A stretch of 64,000 bases of DNA from assembly GCA_965209015.1 (NCBI GenBank), contig OZ242367.1:673649-737648 (forward strand), read 5' to 3'. The translations under genes and the position numbers were made by a program. Source of the DNA: Rhodothermales bacterium (GTDB taxonomy: Bacteria; Bacteroidota; Rhodothermia; Rhodothermales; Bin80). Shown here in pieces: positions 28,700 through 38,737 of the stretch. Positions within the stretch are counted from its first letter, which is position 1; each line of letters begins with the position of its first letter. Below the pieces are notes generated by a model. It worked only from the letters and a program-made list of their open reading frames with translations. It was not told the DNA's origin and ran no database searches.

Positions 28700-29896
28700 T
28701 CATGCTCGTATTGGCCTGAAGGCATACATCTTCTCCACCTTCGCATAATAGCCCCTCTTCTGTCTTCCCAGAAAGTCTTTCACTGTCAACCAATTCAGAT
28801 CACGAGAAAGTGTTTTAGTTGTTTTTGAGGCATACAGTCTTGCAATATTTGGAGTTAGATCCGTAATATTTTTCTTGAGAACCGGCCTTGACGATTGGCT
28901 AAGAGCTAAGGCCACCTCTCGCCGCCGCCGCATAGCGAGGGATTGAGGGAGTAGCTTAAATCTACTGTACACATAATGCTCCCACGCGAGTCTTAATTGC
29001 ATCTCTTCAACGGTTTTGTTCTGGTTCCGAAGTCCATCTACAAGCCCCTCTATGGAGTAGTACAGAAAACCCATAGGATCTCCGCGGCCAGAATTGGCTT
29101 TACTTGAACGATCAAGCTGTCGATAGTACTCGGATCGAGTGAGATTGTAGTGATCACTAAGTAGATGAGCACAGGGAGATGGAACACCTTCGCACGCAAG
29201 AATCATGAGTTCTGCTAATCGGGCCGTACGCCCATTCCCATCCCCAAACGCATGGATCCAGGCAAGATATAAATGAACAAAGATCGCTCGTAGAATGGCC
29301 GATGCGATACGATTAGAATGTTGATCATTCAAATCGAGTGACCATTTGTCTTTCTCCAGCCACTTACAAAGCTTACCAATAAGGAAAGCACAGTCTCCGC
29401 GGGGAGCACCTCTGTAGCGAAAAACTCCAACAGAAAATGTTGGGATTTCACCAGGGACGACTCCCTCTTCAAGATGTTCTTCAAGGCCAGAGAGTAGGCG
29501 TCGATTGGCTTCAGAGATCCACTGAGGGGTGAGTATAGGTGGATTTCCAGCGACAATGTCTTCAAAGATCTTTTCAAAAGCAATAAGAACATTTTTTACT
29601 TCACGTTGGAGATATTCTTGGGACTTGGGAAGGTGTAGGTCCTCTTCCAGAATTGCCTTTATCTGCTCCTCTGAGAGAGTATTTCCTTCAATTGCGGTCG
29701 TTGCACGAGCTCCTTTGATCAGAAAAATCGTATGAAGATCCTTGGCTACTGTTGGAGGGAGTACCGCTTGAGCAATCTGGTCAACTCGCGCAACTGCTTC
29801 ACCAAGTAACGACCAAAAAGAAGGAGTAGCACGCTCCAAATGGTGCTCAAAATCAATCCATGGATGGGTGCGAAGATACTCTCGAACGCTTGTCAT
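28700..29896 (-). CDS. Fic/DOC-family protein (class II type with an intrinsic inhibitory motif)
   Basis: Fic motif HAFGDGNGRTAR (HxFx[DE]GNGRxxR). The N-terminal TTAIEGN matches the [ST]xxxE[GN] autoinhibition motif. The C-terminal region may be a wHTH. Confidence 0.9.
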   Translation of the reverse strand: MTSVREYLRTHPWIDFEHHLERATPSFWSLLGEAVARVDQIAQAVLPPTVAKDLHTIFLIKGARATTAIEGNTLSEEQIKAILEEDLHLPKSQEYLQREVKNVLIAFEKIFEDIVAGNPPILTPQWISEANRRLLSGLEEHLEEGVVPGEIPTFSVGVFRYRGAPRGDCAFLIGKLCKWLEKDKWSLDLNDQHSNRIASAILRAIFVHLYLAWIHAFGDGNGRTARLAELMILACEGVPSPCAHLLSDHYNLTRSEYYRQLDRSSKANSGRGDPMGFLYYSIEGLVDGLRNQNKTVEEMQLRLAWEHYVYSRFKLLPQSLAMRRRREVALALSQSSRPVLKKNITDLTPNIARLYASKTTKTLSRDLNWLTVKDFLGRQKRGYYAKVEKMYAFRPIRA

Positions 29897-30479
29897 GGTA
29901 GGGTCCTATTACAGACTATAAATGATTTCAAAGAGTGATCAAATGACACGAGTGCCTCAGAACGCACCATCTAACTTAACGAGGGGCAGCGAATATTTGA
30001 TCAAATAAATACGTAGTCAAAATAATTTTAACCCGTGAAATGTCTATCAAAATGTCCAATAATTTACGGAATGATTACCAAGTAATCAATGATGAAGAAT
30101 AATCATCAGAGTACAGGACAAGCTAACTCTGGTAGAGCGATAAATCTAAGCTCTCTGGAAGTATATAGTATTCGTTACCAGAGTCTCTGATGAGAGTACC
30201 AATGAGGCATAGTAGTTCAAGGATTCGAGGGAGAGGGAGACCTGCCATCAATTCAAGTGGACATTACATCAATAAGGAAGCATGGAGATGATGAAAAGAT
30301 CCTCTTGGGAGATAGAATCGTATCCTGGAAATCAAACTACAATGCCAGTATTGTCCTCATGCATGAGATACGACCTAAGCATGGAACTGGTCTTAACCAT
30401 TGATCCTGACCTATGCACTGAGAGCATTCCTGATCCTAACAGAACCAGTCAACAATTCGGATCCAGTCACTTGATGGAT

Positions 30480-30797
30480 TGGTTCTACCGCGAATATTGT
30501 GGCTGGAGGTTAAATTCTCCGAAGAAGAATAGAATCGCATTGCTGAAAATTGCAAAGATTCTTTATCCTCTCCCAATCATTTTGAGTTCTTGGATTTTGC
30601 TGTAATTAGCTCTGTGATGGTATTCAATCGTATCGAATAGAACACATTACAGGCTATGGTAAGATGTGACTGACACATCTCGGGAACCTTGATAACTGTT
30701 TTGATGTCCCTCTTTCCAACACGAAATCATGTACATTTGTACAGATTCCCCTAGTTCATAAAATGCTTCTGATCCCATACAAATTGCGGTAGAACCA
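30480..30797 (-). mobile_element. ~320-bp MITE derived from the neighbouring ISL3-family element
   Basis: Its left end TGGTTCTACCGCGAATATTGTGGCTGGAGG closely matches 27469-27498. Its right end ...CATACAAATTGCGGTAGAACCAC matches 28632-28655. It has no transposase coding capacity and the same orientation as the IS. Confidence 0.7.
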
Positions 30798-31024
30798 CTT
30801 CTTGCTCTTTATCATCTTCTGTGTGATAGTTGAGGGTCCGCAGGAAATAAACCTTGAATACCATACTTGTCAATCCAATGGGGAATCAAATTCGGAGGAG
30901 GAAACGGGAAACAACTCAGTTGAGAGTACAATGCAGACCACCACGATAGAAATACATTTTCACTGTAGACCATTCTCCAATGATCCGTCCACCCCGAACA
31001 CCAATAGGTTATTTTTCTCCATCT

Positions 31025-31296
31025 CTAACCACTTCGTTTCCCCTCGTTCAGGTTGGAATCAGAGATATTTGAAGTGACTATGGTTTGGTGCCCTAGATGA
31101 TCATTGAGTAGGTAGCGGTAAAGTTTGAGAGTAACTTCCATTTTGTTCTCTTCCAGCCAATTTTGGGCTTCTGCGGTCATGATTAAGGTGCGACAGTCTG
31201 TGTCTGCCACCACTGAGGAAGAATCATTCTTGAGAGTAGTTACAAATCGGAGTGCATCTCCAGGGCTGAATTGGTAGAGACGTTTACCGCTCGGTT
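31025..31296 (-). pseudogene. Out-of-frame continuation of the SulP gene: cyclic-nucleotide-binding-like C-terminal domain
   Basis: The alternate frame reads PSGKRLYQFSPGDALRFVTTLKNDSSSVVADTDCRTLIMTAEAQNWLEENK..., which fits a cNMP-binding beta-roll plus C-helix pattern. It is separated from the upstream frame by an apparent 1-nt indel near 31293-31299. Confidence 0.5.
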
Positions 31297-33252
31297 ATAG
31301 ACGGATGCCCTTCCAGAGACCAGTAGTTGGAGCTCATTTCCAATTGAGATTGACTCATTCTTGACATATTCATGAGGGGTAAGCCATTCACGTAGACCTT
31401 CTATTAAATCTTCAAAGTGTATCTGCCGCTCGAGGTGGCTCTCTAAGTCATCCATGGCATGCTCCAGTAAGGAGGTACGGCGTTCAGGGGATGCATCCAC
31501 ATTACTCTTCCACATCGTGAGAACCACATCTTCACAGCGCTCTAAAGCTTGGTTTTCATTTGCCTCAAATATGAGCTTGGCAAAAACTAATGGCCGGAGG
31601 ACACGCCGAAAGGCAGAATGTAACTGCTCGGATACACCGTTCAGTATGAAGACCACCTCGCTATTGATTGCCTTTTGCAGGAATCGAGAGAGTTCACTGA
31701 TCGCGGAGAAATCCAAGCCAGAGACTGCAGAGAAATCCAGCATGAGACACAGGGGTTTGGGACGTTCCTCCAGAGCCGTTTTGAGTTGACTCATCAGAGT
31801 GCCAATACTCCCAAAGAAAATATAGCCGCGTAGCCTGTATATTTTCACACGATTACCGTCCCGGAGCAAAATTGTACGGTCTGGGACGGTGCGAGCTTTA
31901 TTGCCACGCCGTTCGCGGGCTGTGAACTGAGCTTCAATGGGATCTACACGACTGAGGCGGATTGCGAAAAATACGAGCATGATGCCCATTCCTGCGATCA
32001 CACCTTCAATGAGTCCGACAGAGATAATCGTCAGAGAGATTATAAGAATAACCCCAAATTCCGCTCTGGGGAGACGTTTATAATTTTGTAATAGTCCCTG
32101 ACTTACGAGCCCCACTCCCGCAAAGATCAGAATGCCACCAATCAGTGCCGTCGGAAGGATTTCCAGAATTTTATCTCCAAAGACCAATACACCACCGATT
32201 AATAAGGATGCAATCACACCTACCAGCCGAGTCTCTGCACCCAATAGTTTGCTACGCACAGAGCCAGAGAGGATGGTTGACACGACCGTTCCTCCACAGG
32301 TTCCTGCAAGCAAGGTAGCATATCCGGTAGCCTTAAATTCTAGGTTCCAGTCTATCTCCTCATTGACTGCAAGTTCAAGCCCTGCAATACCTAGGATAAT
32401 ACAAATCAATGCAATCAGGATAAGGGTCAGTAGCTGAGGGATTTGAGGCAGAAATGCACCCCACTTCACATGTATGAGGTCAGATGGGAGAAAAGACGGC
32501 CACAGTTGTCCTCCTGCCGTACTGGTGAGTAATAGGTCCAACTGCCTTGCCTCATGACTATCCAGACCAACATAACGCAGGACAATATGATAGGCAATAA
32601 CTAGAAGTGCTGCCCCCACAGGCAAGATCAACACATTTCCCCAGCGTTTCAACGCGTAATAAATGAGGATGCCAAAAATGATACCAGGAAATATGATCCA
32701 AAACTGTGCAGAATCCAGAGTCAAGAAGGTAGTCCACCCGAGTCCCTGTGCCCCCATTAAAGACAGTGCGGCTAAGCATACTTGACCACCAATACCTGCC
32801 AGAAATCCCGCAGCAACTGAGTATGGGATAAAACGCACCAGCCGGGCCAAGCGAAAATGGCCGATCATGAGACAGCAAATTCCTGTGGCGACTGCACTGA
32901 TGATAAGTGCACTAACTACGGTGCTGAATAACTGCTCTTCAGGCGCCTCAATAGTAGATGCGATGGATGCCATAATGACCACCAGTGCCGGTGATAGCCC
33001 GGCAATGATACCGCGGTAATTGCTTGCCAAGGCCATGATTAGACAGGCTGCAAAGCTTCCAAACAGTATCAACCCAATGCCCTGAGAAGAGTAGGATTCC
33101 AGGGCATCGTAGAAGATGAGACTTCCAAAGGCAATCTGAGCAACAACGATTCCTAAGCCAGAGGTTAACCCAGACGAGAGTGCTGGAATTAACTTTGAGG
33201 AAAAGAGATCTTTGCGAAGTTCAGAGAACAGTTCTATGAGAGCAGAAGTCAC
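31240..33252 (-). CDS. SulP-family anion transporter with a STAS domain (the ORF as it stands; the C-terminal domain is frameshifted)
   Basis: The ORF has ~12 hydrophobic segments. STAS region YRLRGYIFFGS...LMLDFSAVSGLDFSAI. GTG start at 33252. Confidence 0.85.
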   Translation of the reverse strand: MTSALIELFSELRKDLFSSKLIPALSSGLTSGLGIVVAQIAFGSLIFYDALESYSSQGIGLILFGSFAACLIMALASNYRGIIAGLSPALVVIMASIASTIEAPEEQLFSTVVSALIISAVATGICCLMIGHFRLARLVRFIPYSVAAGFLAGIGGQVCLAALSLMGAQGLGWTTFLTLDSAQFWIIFPGIIFGILIYYALKRWGNVLILPVGAALLVIAYHIVLRYVGLDSHEARQLDLLLTSTAGGQLWPSFLPSDLIHVKWGAFLPQIPQLLTLILIALICIILGIAGLELAVNEEIDWNLEFKATGYATLLAGTCGGTVVSTILSGSVRSKLLGAETRLVGVIASLLIGGVLVFGDKILEILPTALIGGILIFAGVGLVSQGLLQNYKRLPRAEFGVILIISLTIISVGLIEGVIAGMGIMLVFFAIRLSRVDPIEAQFTARERRGNKARTVPDRTILLRDGNRVKIYRLRGYIFFGSIGTLMSQLKTALEERPKPLCLMLDFSAVSGLDFSAISELSRFLQKAINSEVVFILNGVSEQLHSAFRRVLRPLVFAKLIFEANENQALERCEDVVLTMWKSNVDASPERRTSLLEHAMDDLESHLERQIHFEDLIEGLREWLTPHEYVKNESISIGNELQLLVSGRASVYNRAVNVSTNSALEMHSDL

Positions 33253-33833
33253 CAGTCAAAAAGAAATATGGTCGTGAGTAAAGGTGTGTTGAAGGAGTCA
33301 CGGATTAGAAATTATCTTATCTTAATCACAGCAAGATCGTGTACATAGAGAGACCGAAAGCAGTGAAATTCATTGACTGCAGTGGCTCGTGATAAGTCAG
33401 GTAATCTGACAGTTGGCCTCAGGTACAGATCTATTTTCATCATACGCACGGAAGAGATCTTCTGAAAGTTCAAAGATAACAGTTAGTGCCTATAGACTCA
33501 TAAACGAAGGTTCTAAGAAGCTGTTTACAATTGCCAGAGCGGGCCGGTAGTTGACTTTACTTTATGAATACTTCTCTTAAATCATAGGGGGTATGCTCTC
33601 ATAGATTCCTGATCAAATTCTCTTGCGATTGGGCCACGGAGATGCTAAGATTCCGCAGACTTTTGCATGAATATTTTTCTGAGAATCATCGGCATGACTG
33701 GTGTTAACGTTCAAGTGTAGATAGATATGATAAAGATCATGGATCAGTATTTTACATACTGGTTCCCTCGTGCCTGTATTATTGGTGTTCTGATATTATT
33801 CCGAGACAAATCAATGACTCCACATCTTTTTTT

Positions 33834-34592
33834 ATGAAAATTGACCTCCAAGGAAGAGTTGCGTTAGTGACGGGTTCTAGTCGTGGGATTGGAAGAGCGA
33901 TCGCGAGAAGTCTCGCACATAGTGGTTCAACCGTTGCCATCCATTATAACAGGGACCGGCAGCAGGCTAAAGAGGCTGCTCTGGAACTGGGGGATCATGC
34001 GAGTCTCTTTCAGGCAGACCTTTCCCAAGTTCAAGCATGCGAGATGCTCTTTCAGGACGTATTGGCATCCTACGGTCAGTTAGACATATTGGTCAACAAT
34101 GCAGGTGTTGCGCAATTGGTGCCGAACTCTGCATCTACACAAGTCTGGATTGATGCATGGGAGCAAATGATGGCGGTAAATGCACGAGCGACTGCACTCT
34201 TATGTCGTCTTGCGGTTAGACATTTTCAGACGCGACAGGAAGGTCGCATCATTAACATCGCATCTCGTGCTGCTTTTCGCGGAGATACGGCAGAGTACAT
34301 GATTTATGCTGCTTCAAAAGGATCTATGGTTTCACTAACGCGAAGCATTGCTCGTGCATACGGGAAAGACGGAATCAAGGCATTTATCCTTGCTCCTGGG
34401 TTTGTTCGTACAGAGATGGCCCAGAGTGCAATGGATTCATATGGGAAAGAATTTATCTTGGAAGATCTTGCACTCAATCGCCTGACTGAACCAGAGGATA
34501 TTGCTCCGATGGTAACACTTTTGGCCAGTGGACTGGCGGACCATGCTACTGGTGCATCAATTGATATGAATGCCGGAAGCTATGTACATTAA
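33834..34592 (+). CDS. SDR-family oxidoreductase (FabG-like)
   Basis: TGSSRGIG cofactor motif and the catalytic YAASK. Confidence 0.85.
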   Translation: MKIDLQGRVALVTGSSRGIGRAIARSLAHSGSTVAIHYNRDRQQAKEAALELGDHASLFQADLSQVQACEMLFQDVLASYGQLDILVNNAGVAQLVPNSASTQVWIDAWEQMMAVNARATALLCRLAVRHFQTRQEGRIINIASRAAFRGDTAEYMIYAASKGSMVSLTRSIARAYGKDGIKAFILAPGFVRTEMAQSAMDSYGKEFILEDLALNRLTEPEDIAPMVTLLASGLADHATGASIDMNAGSYVH

Positions 34593-34650
34593 TGGACGCT
34601 CATGATGAAGCTCACGAAAAGGGAGACCATTTGAATATTCCTCAAATGAA

Positions 34651-35688
34651 TTAAGGGTCAACACTGGCCTGTTGACGTCTACGCTCAGCGAGGTAACGTC
34701 GAAGGATTGCAGCGTCTCGGTTATGGTCTCGGAGGTTCACATTAAACGTATGACCACCGGTGGGATTGGCTACAAAAAACATGTAGTCATGCTCTTCTGC
34801 TGCTGCAGTCGCTTTAAGAGATGAGAGTGAAGGATTCGTGATCGGTCCAGGAGGGAGTCCGAGATATAAGTAGGTATTGTAGGGGTGTCGGATCTGATAA
34901 TCACGAAAGAAAAGACGCCGCATATTTCCTTCCAGCTCAATCAGTGCATATTGAACTGTCGGGTCAGCTTGCAACGGCCAACGTTTTCGGAGGCGATTTA
35001 CATAAACCCCCGCAACTTTAGATTTTTCAGAATTTATATTCGTTTCCCATTCAACGATTGCGGCTAGGCTTACAACTTCGTCTCGCGTGAGATTCCGCTC
35101 TCTCGCTTTAGGAGCGAGTTCGCGCTCGTATAATGCGTCGAATTCTTCTTTCACATGCCGAACAACATCCTCCGCTTTGGTCAGCCAGTAAAACTGGTAC
35201 GTCTCAGGGAGCATATAGCTGAACAAGTGTAGCGTATCTGTATTAAGTGAGGTCGCCAGAGCAGTGTCTTGAAGTGCGGCAATAAAATCTTTTGATTCAA
35301 ACGCCATGTTGGCAGAGGCAGTACGAGCGATCCGATCGCGTCGGGATCCGGCCGGAATTCTAAGAGATACTGGGGTTTGAAGTCCTTTTCGCAGGACTTG
35401 TAATAAGCTCACGTTCGATTGAGGAGAAGAGAAAAGGTAGTGACCTGCTTTCACTTGATCCTTCCATCCCGTCGCATGAGCCACAAGTTGGAGAGTCCAG
35501 ATATGCTTGATCAACTCCCGGCTTTCAAGTGAGTCGACAACATCGGAAAAAGTGCTTTCCCTTGGAAGATGGAGTGACCGATCATCATCAAGAGGTGCAG
35601 TATTTGGAAGCCATAGAATCCAGAAGGCGAACGCTCCGATTCCAATGAAAAGTACAGTTAAAGATGGGAGGACCAAGCGCTTCCCCAT
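34651..35688 (-). CDS. mltG: Endolytic murein transglycosylase MltG (YceG-like)
   Basis: N-terminal transmembrane helix, and the YceG signatures ASIVEWE-like (AAIVEWET) and YNTYLYLGLPPGPITNP. Confidence 0.85.
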   Translation of the reverse strand: MGKRLVLPSLTVLFIGIGAFAFWILWLPNTAPLDDDRSLHLPRESTFSDVVDSLESRELIKHIWTLQLVAHATGWKDQVKAGHYLFSSPQSNVSLLQVLRKGLQTPVSLRIPAGSRRDRIARTASANMAFESKDFIAALQDTALATSLNTDTLHLFSYMLPETYQFYWLTKAEDVVRHVKEEFDALYERELAPKARERNLTRDEVVSLAAIVEWETNINSEKSKVAGVYVNRLRKRWPLQADPTVQYALIELEGNMRRLFFRDYQIRHPYNTYLYLGLPPGPITNPSLSSLKATAAAEEHDYMFFVANPTGGHTFNVNLRDHNRDAAILRRYLAERRRQQASVDP

Positions 35689-35690
35689 GA

Positions 35691-36005
35691 TTAAGGTGAA
35701 TGTGACTGATATTTCTGTCGCTCAAGCGCACGGGTTTCGTCAATAATACGCTCAAAGAGTCTTCGTACAGCTTCGGGGGACAGAGGCCCTGGATTAGAGC
35801 GCATCACATTGCCGAGGATTTCTTTTTCTCGGAGAGGCATATATATCGGGAGTCCAAGTTGTTGCTTGATATGCCCAATTTGATTCGCCAGAGAAGAGCG
35901 CTTATTCAAAAGGGTTACCAGTAATTGATCTATCTCGTCAATTTGTACCCTGAGTGGCTCTATATCTTTTTCCGAAACTGCTTGCTGCGACGGTGCAGGC
36001 TTCAT
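35691..36005 (-). CDS. Chorismate mutase (AroQ type II)
   Basis: LRVQIDEIDQLLVTLLNKRSSLANQIGHIK is the typical CM_2 helix 1. Confidence 0.8.
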   Translation of the reverse strand: MKPAPSQQAVSEKDIEPLRVQIDEIDQLLVTLLNKRSSLANQIGHIKQQLGLPIYMPLREKEILGNVMRSNPGPLSPEAVRRLFERIIDETRALERQKYQSHSP

Positions 36006-36136
36006 AAGTGTAAGTAGTATGCGAGGATGATGCTCAATAAATACTTGAAAGGCATAAGTTGAACAAAAAAGAGATCCTTCGGTATTGACTTTCTGTTGCG
36101 TTTACCTTATCTTTCTGAACCAGAGACATGCCTTAG

Positions 36137-36664
36137 ATGATGTATAGGAATTTATCGATTATTGTACTTTTAGCGATACTGGTATCCCCTGTTGAGGCGC
36201 AATTACGGAACTCAGTTCCGAATGCGCTCCCACAAACTAGGCTTTATAGTTCATCTAATCAAGTAAGTGCCCTTCTGAGTAAGATCTTTAACCCAAGTGT
36301 CTTCCAAATGAGCCATAGCTTTGAAATGTCGGCTGGATCTTTTGGTGGGAATGGGTACTCAATGGGAATGTACACAAATACAATGGCATGGCAGTTCAGC
36401 CCCAAATTTGCTGCACGAATGGATGTTGCCGTTGCATATTCTCCCCAGAATCAGATTGCCAGAGAAGCAGGTTTTGGCCGACAGCATCCCCAGATTTTTC
36501 TGCGGAATGCTGAGATATCCTGGAAACCATCTAATCGGGTACAATTTCATTTTCAGGTTCGACAGAATCCCTACGGGTACCACGGGATGATGGGATATGG
36601 TCCCTATGGATACGGATATTATCGTCCGTATGCCAGACCTTTTGCAAGAGACTACTGGTTTTAG
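36137..36664 (+). CDS. Hypothetical secreted or outer-membrane protein
   Basis: Signal peptide ending VEAQ, a Gly/Tyr-rich C-terminus, and a terminal Phe. Confidence 0.55.
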   Translation: MMYRNLSIIVLLAILVSPVEAQLRNSVPNALPQTRLYSSSNQVSALLSKIFNPSVFQMSHSFEMSAGSFGGNGYSMGMYTNTMAWQFSPKFAARMDVAVAYSPQNQIAREAGFGRQHPQIFLRNAEISWKPSNRVQFHFQVRQNPYGYHGMMGYGPYGYGYYRPYARPFARDYWF

Positions 36665-36685
36665 CTCTCCATTGTTGGAGCACTT

Positions 36686-37177
36686 ATGAACCGATTAAAG
36701 GTGTTTGGACTTGACGTTTTCGTGGCGTTGTTGGTCCTTGTGGTTGCAATTCTGGCTGTGTCCCTATTGGTAAATGTCCCCCTTGTGAAGGATGCAGTTT
36801 TTTCTGATCAGGTAGCCTCTTCCATAGAGACCGAGTACCCAAGGGCATCTGAAATTCATCAGGTAGAAGTTCGTAATGGGGTTGGAGTCAGTGGTATTGC
36901 AGAGCAAATGCGGTCTTACTTACGCTCTAAAGGGTATGATGTGGTTGGTGTAGGGAATCATGAAACCTTCACCGTAGAGCAGACCATGATCGTGGATCGT
37001 ATTGGGAATTTTGCTATCGCCCAAGAGGTGGCTGCATCGTTAGGTCTACCGTCTGAGCGGATTCAGCAGGATCTTCGTAGCGAATTTCATCTTGATGTTT
37101 CGATCATTCTGGGCAAAGACTATGGAATCATCCCCCCGTTCCGAGGTCTTGAAGCTACCCCTCACACTCAAGAATAG
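36686..37177 (+). CDS. LytR_C domain-containing membrane protein
   Basis: N-terminal transmembrane helix. VEVRNGVGVSGIAEQMRSYLRSKGYDV is typical of a LytR C-terminal domain. Confidence 0.7.
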   Translation: MNRLKVFGLDVFVALLVLVVAILAVSLLVNVPLVKDAVFSDQVASSIETEYPRASEIHQVEVRNGVGVSGIAEQMRSYLRSKGYDVVGVGNHETFTVEQTMIVDRIGNFAIAQEVAASLGLPSERIQQDLRSEFHLDVSIILGKDYGIIPPFRGLEATPHTQE

Positions 37178-37615
37178 ATGGCCTTGATTGAGTCCTCACG
37201 CCCCTCAACTTCTTCATCCCCGAAGCAGATAGAAAATAATCCAGTCCCCGTAAAGCTTCGTGCCCGGGAAGCCTTGATCGCCGTACAGGAAAAGAAAGCT
37301 TCAGATCTGGTTATCATGGATATGCATGAAACCAGTGGACTTGCCGATTACTTTATTTTGTGTACGGGCACATCAGACATTCAAGTGAAGGCTATCGCTG
37401 AATCTGTGGAGAGACGACTCAAAGATGAATTTCGTGAAATTCCCTGGCACATTGAGGGAGCAGAACATCGCCAGTGGATATTGCTGGATTATGTAGACTT
37501 AGTTGTTCATATATTTTCGCCTGAACGGCGAACCTTCTATGATCTGGAGAGGTTGTGGAGTGATGCTCCGATGGAGCAGGTGAGTAATGATCCAGTGCGT
37601 ATGCTAAGCACATGA
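37178..37615 (+). CDS. rsfS: Ribosome silencing factor RsfS
   Basis: ADYFILCTGTSDIQVKAI...WILLDYVDLVVHIF....R.FYDLERLW. Confidence 0.9.
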   Translation: MALIESSRPSTSSSPKQIENNPVPVKLRAREALIAVQEKKASDLVIMDMHETSGLADYFILCTGTSDIQVKAIAESVERRLKDEFREIPWHIEGAEHRQWILLDYVDLVVHIFSPERRTFYDLERLWSDAPMEQVSNDPVRMLST

Positions 37616-38118
37616 GATCAAATTATTCCACCATTCTTGTGGCTATGCTTGGCTTCATGATCGCATGCAGTGGTCCCGGCTCAGAGATTCCTGCGGATCC
37701 AGATATGCGGTTTGGACATCGCTTTGAGGGCCTCCCACCGGATGGGTATGGACCCATCACCATCCAGATACCTGAAGAGAAATCAAGATTTGACTATTTC
37801 CCTGCAACATTTAATCATGTGATTATTCGGCCTGATATCGTTGACGATGAACAAGATACCGTTGCAGTTGAGATTTTAGTCAAGGGGAGCTTACCTAACG
37901 CATGTATGGAATTGCATGCATTTGACCAAAAACGGACGGGAAATATCATCACAGCTACGTTACAGATGCGACGTCCTCATGCCCAAATATGTGCTTCAGT
38001 GCGTCGTCCCTACAGGCTCTACCTGATGTTAGAGGGAGGATTTGCACCGGGACACTATACGCTCAAACTCAATCGTGAAGTCGTTCCTTTTATGGTTCGT
38101 AAATTTGATACGGGATAA
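37612..38118 (+). CDS. Hypothetical lipoprotein
   Basis: Lipobox-like sequence MLGFMIAC at the N-terminus. Confidence 0.55.
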   Translation: MRSNYSTILVAMLGFMIACSGPGSEIPADPDMRFGHRFEGLPPDGYGPITIQIPEEKSRFDYFPATFNHVIIRPDIVDDEQDTVAVEILVKGSLPNACMELHAFDQKRTGNIITATLQMRRPHAQICASVRRPYRLYLMLEGGFAPGHYTLKLNREVVPFMVRKFDTG

Positions 38119-38737
38119 GGTGAAGAAGTTTGAATGTTGACCAATTTCGAGTTATCCCTGATACACTTGCACACATCACAGTGTAATTCGTTGAAACCGT
38201 TGGGTGTGGATAGTAAATTGATATAGAATGGTCTTGTGGGCGGTGTAAGGATACAATTTCGTTGCATGCTTTCATGCTCCGGTATGTTGTCACTCTTCGA
38301 TCGCAGAGGCAGGGTAGCTAATTCTCTAGATCGCATAGATCTACTTCAACTCAATGGATACACATCTCGCGTTTTCCTGTTTCGAGATCATGAATCAGAT
38401 TCAAGCTCTTGGACACCTTGGGTAAAAATGGATATACCTCCTGATCCAGCTGTAGCAGGCCGGTTTTAAGTATCCATGTCGTAATCCGTTTAACTTAGCA
38501 GATATGTGTTTGTAGAGTTACCAGCTTAATGAGTTCTTTGGGGTCTGGCGCAACGCTTAAGGAGGCTTCTTTGAAGCTAAATATAGGACGGAAGAGTGTT
38601 GCTGGGAGTGATGAGATATCAGACCTCTTTCAAATGGAACATACCCTAAGTGAACCATTATTAACTTTGGTTATTACAAAAAAATTACGTTATTTGTGTG
38701 TTATACTTATCCTCCCACTCCACAAGCTATCATACTT

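Noticed and set aside
27461-30805. 8-bp target-site duplications flanking the ISL3 remnant, the MITE, or the pair as a composite
   Set aside because: The flanking octamers (ATATTATT / CATAATGA; TGATGGAT / CTTCTTGC) do not match in any combination. No target-site duplication is claimed.
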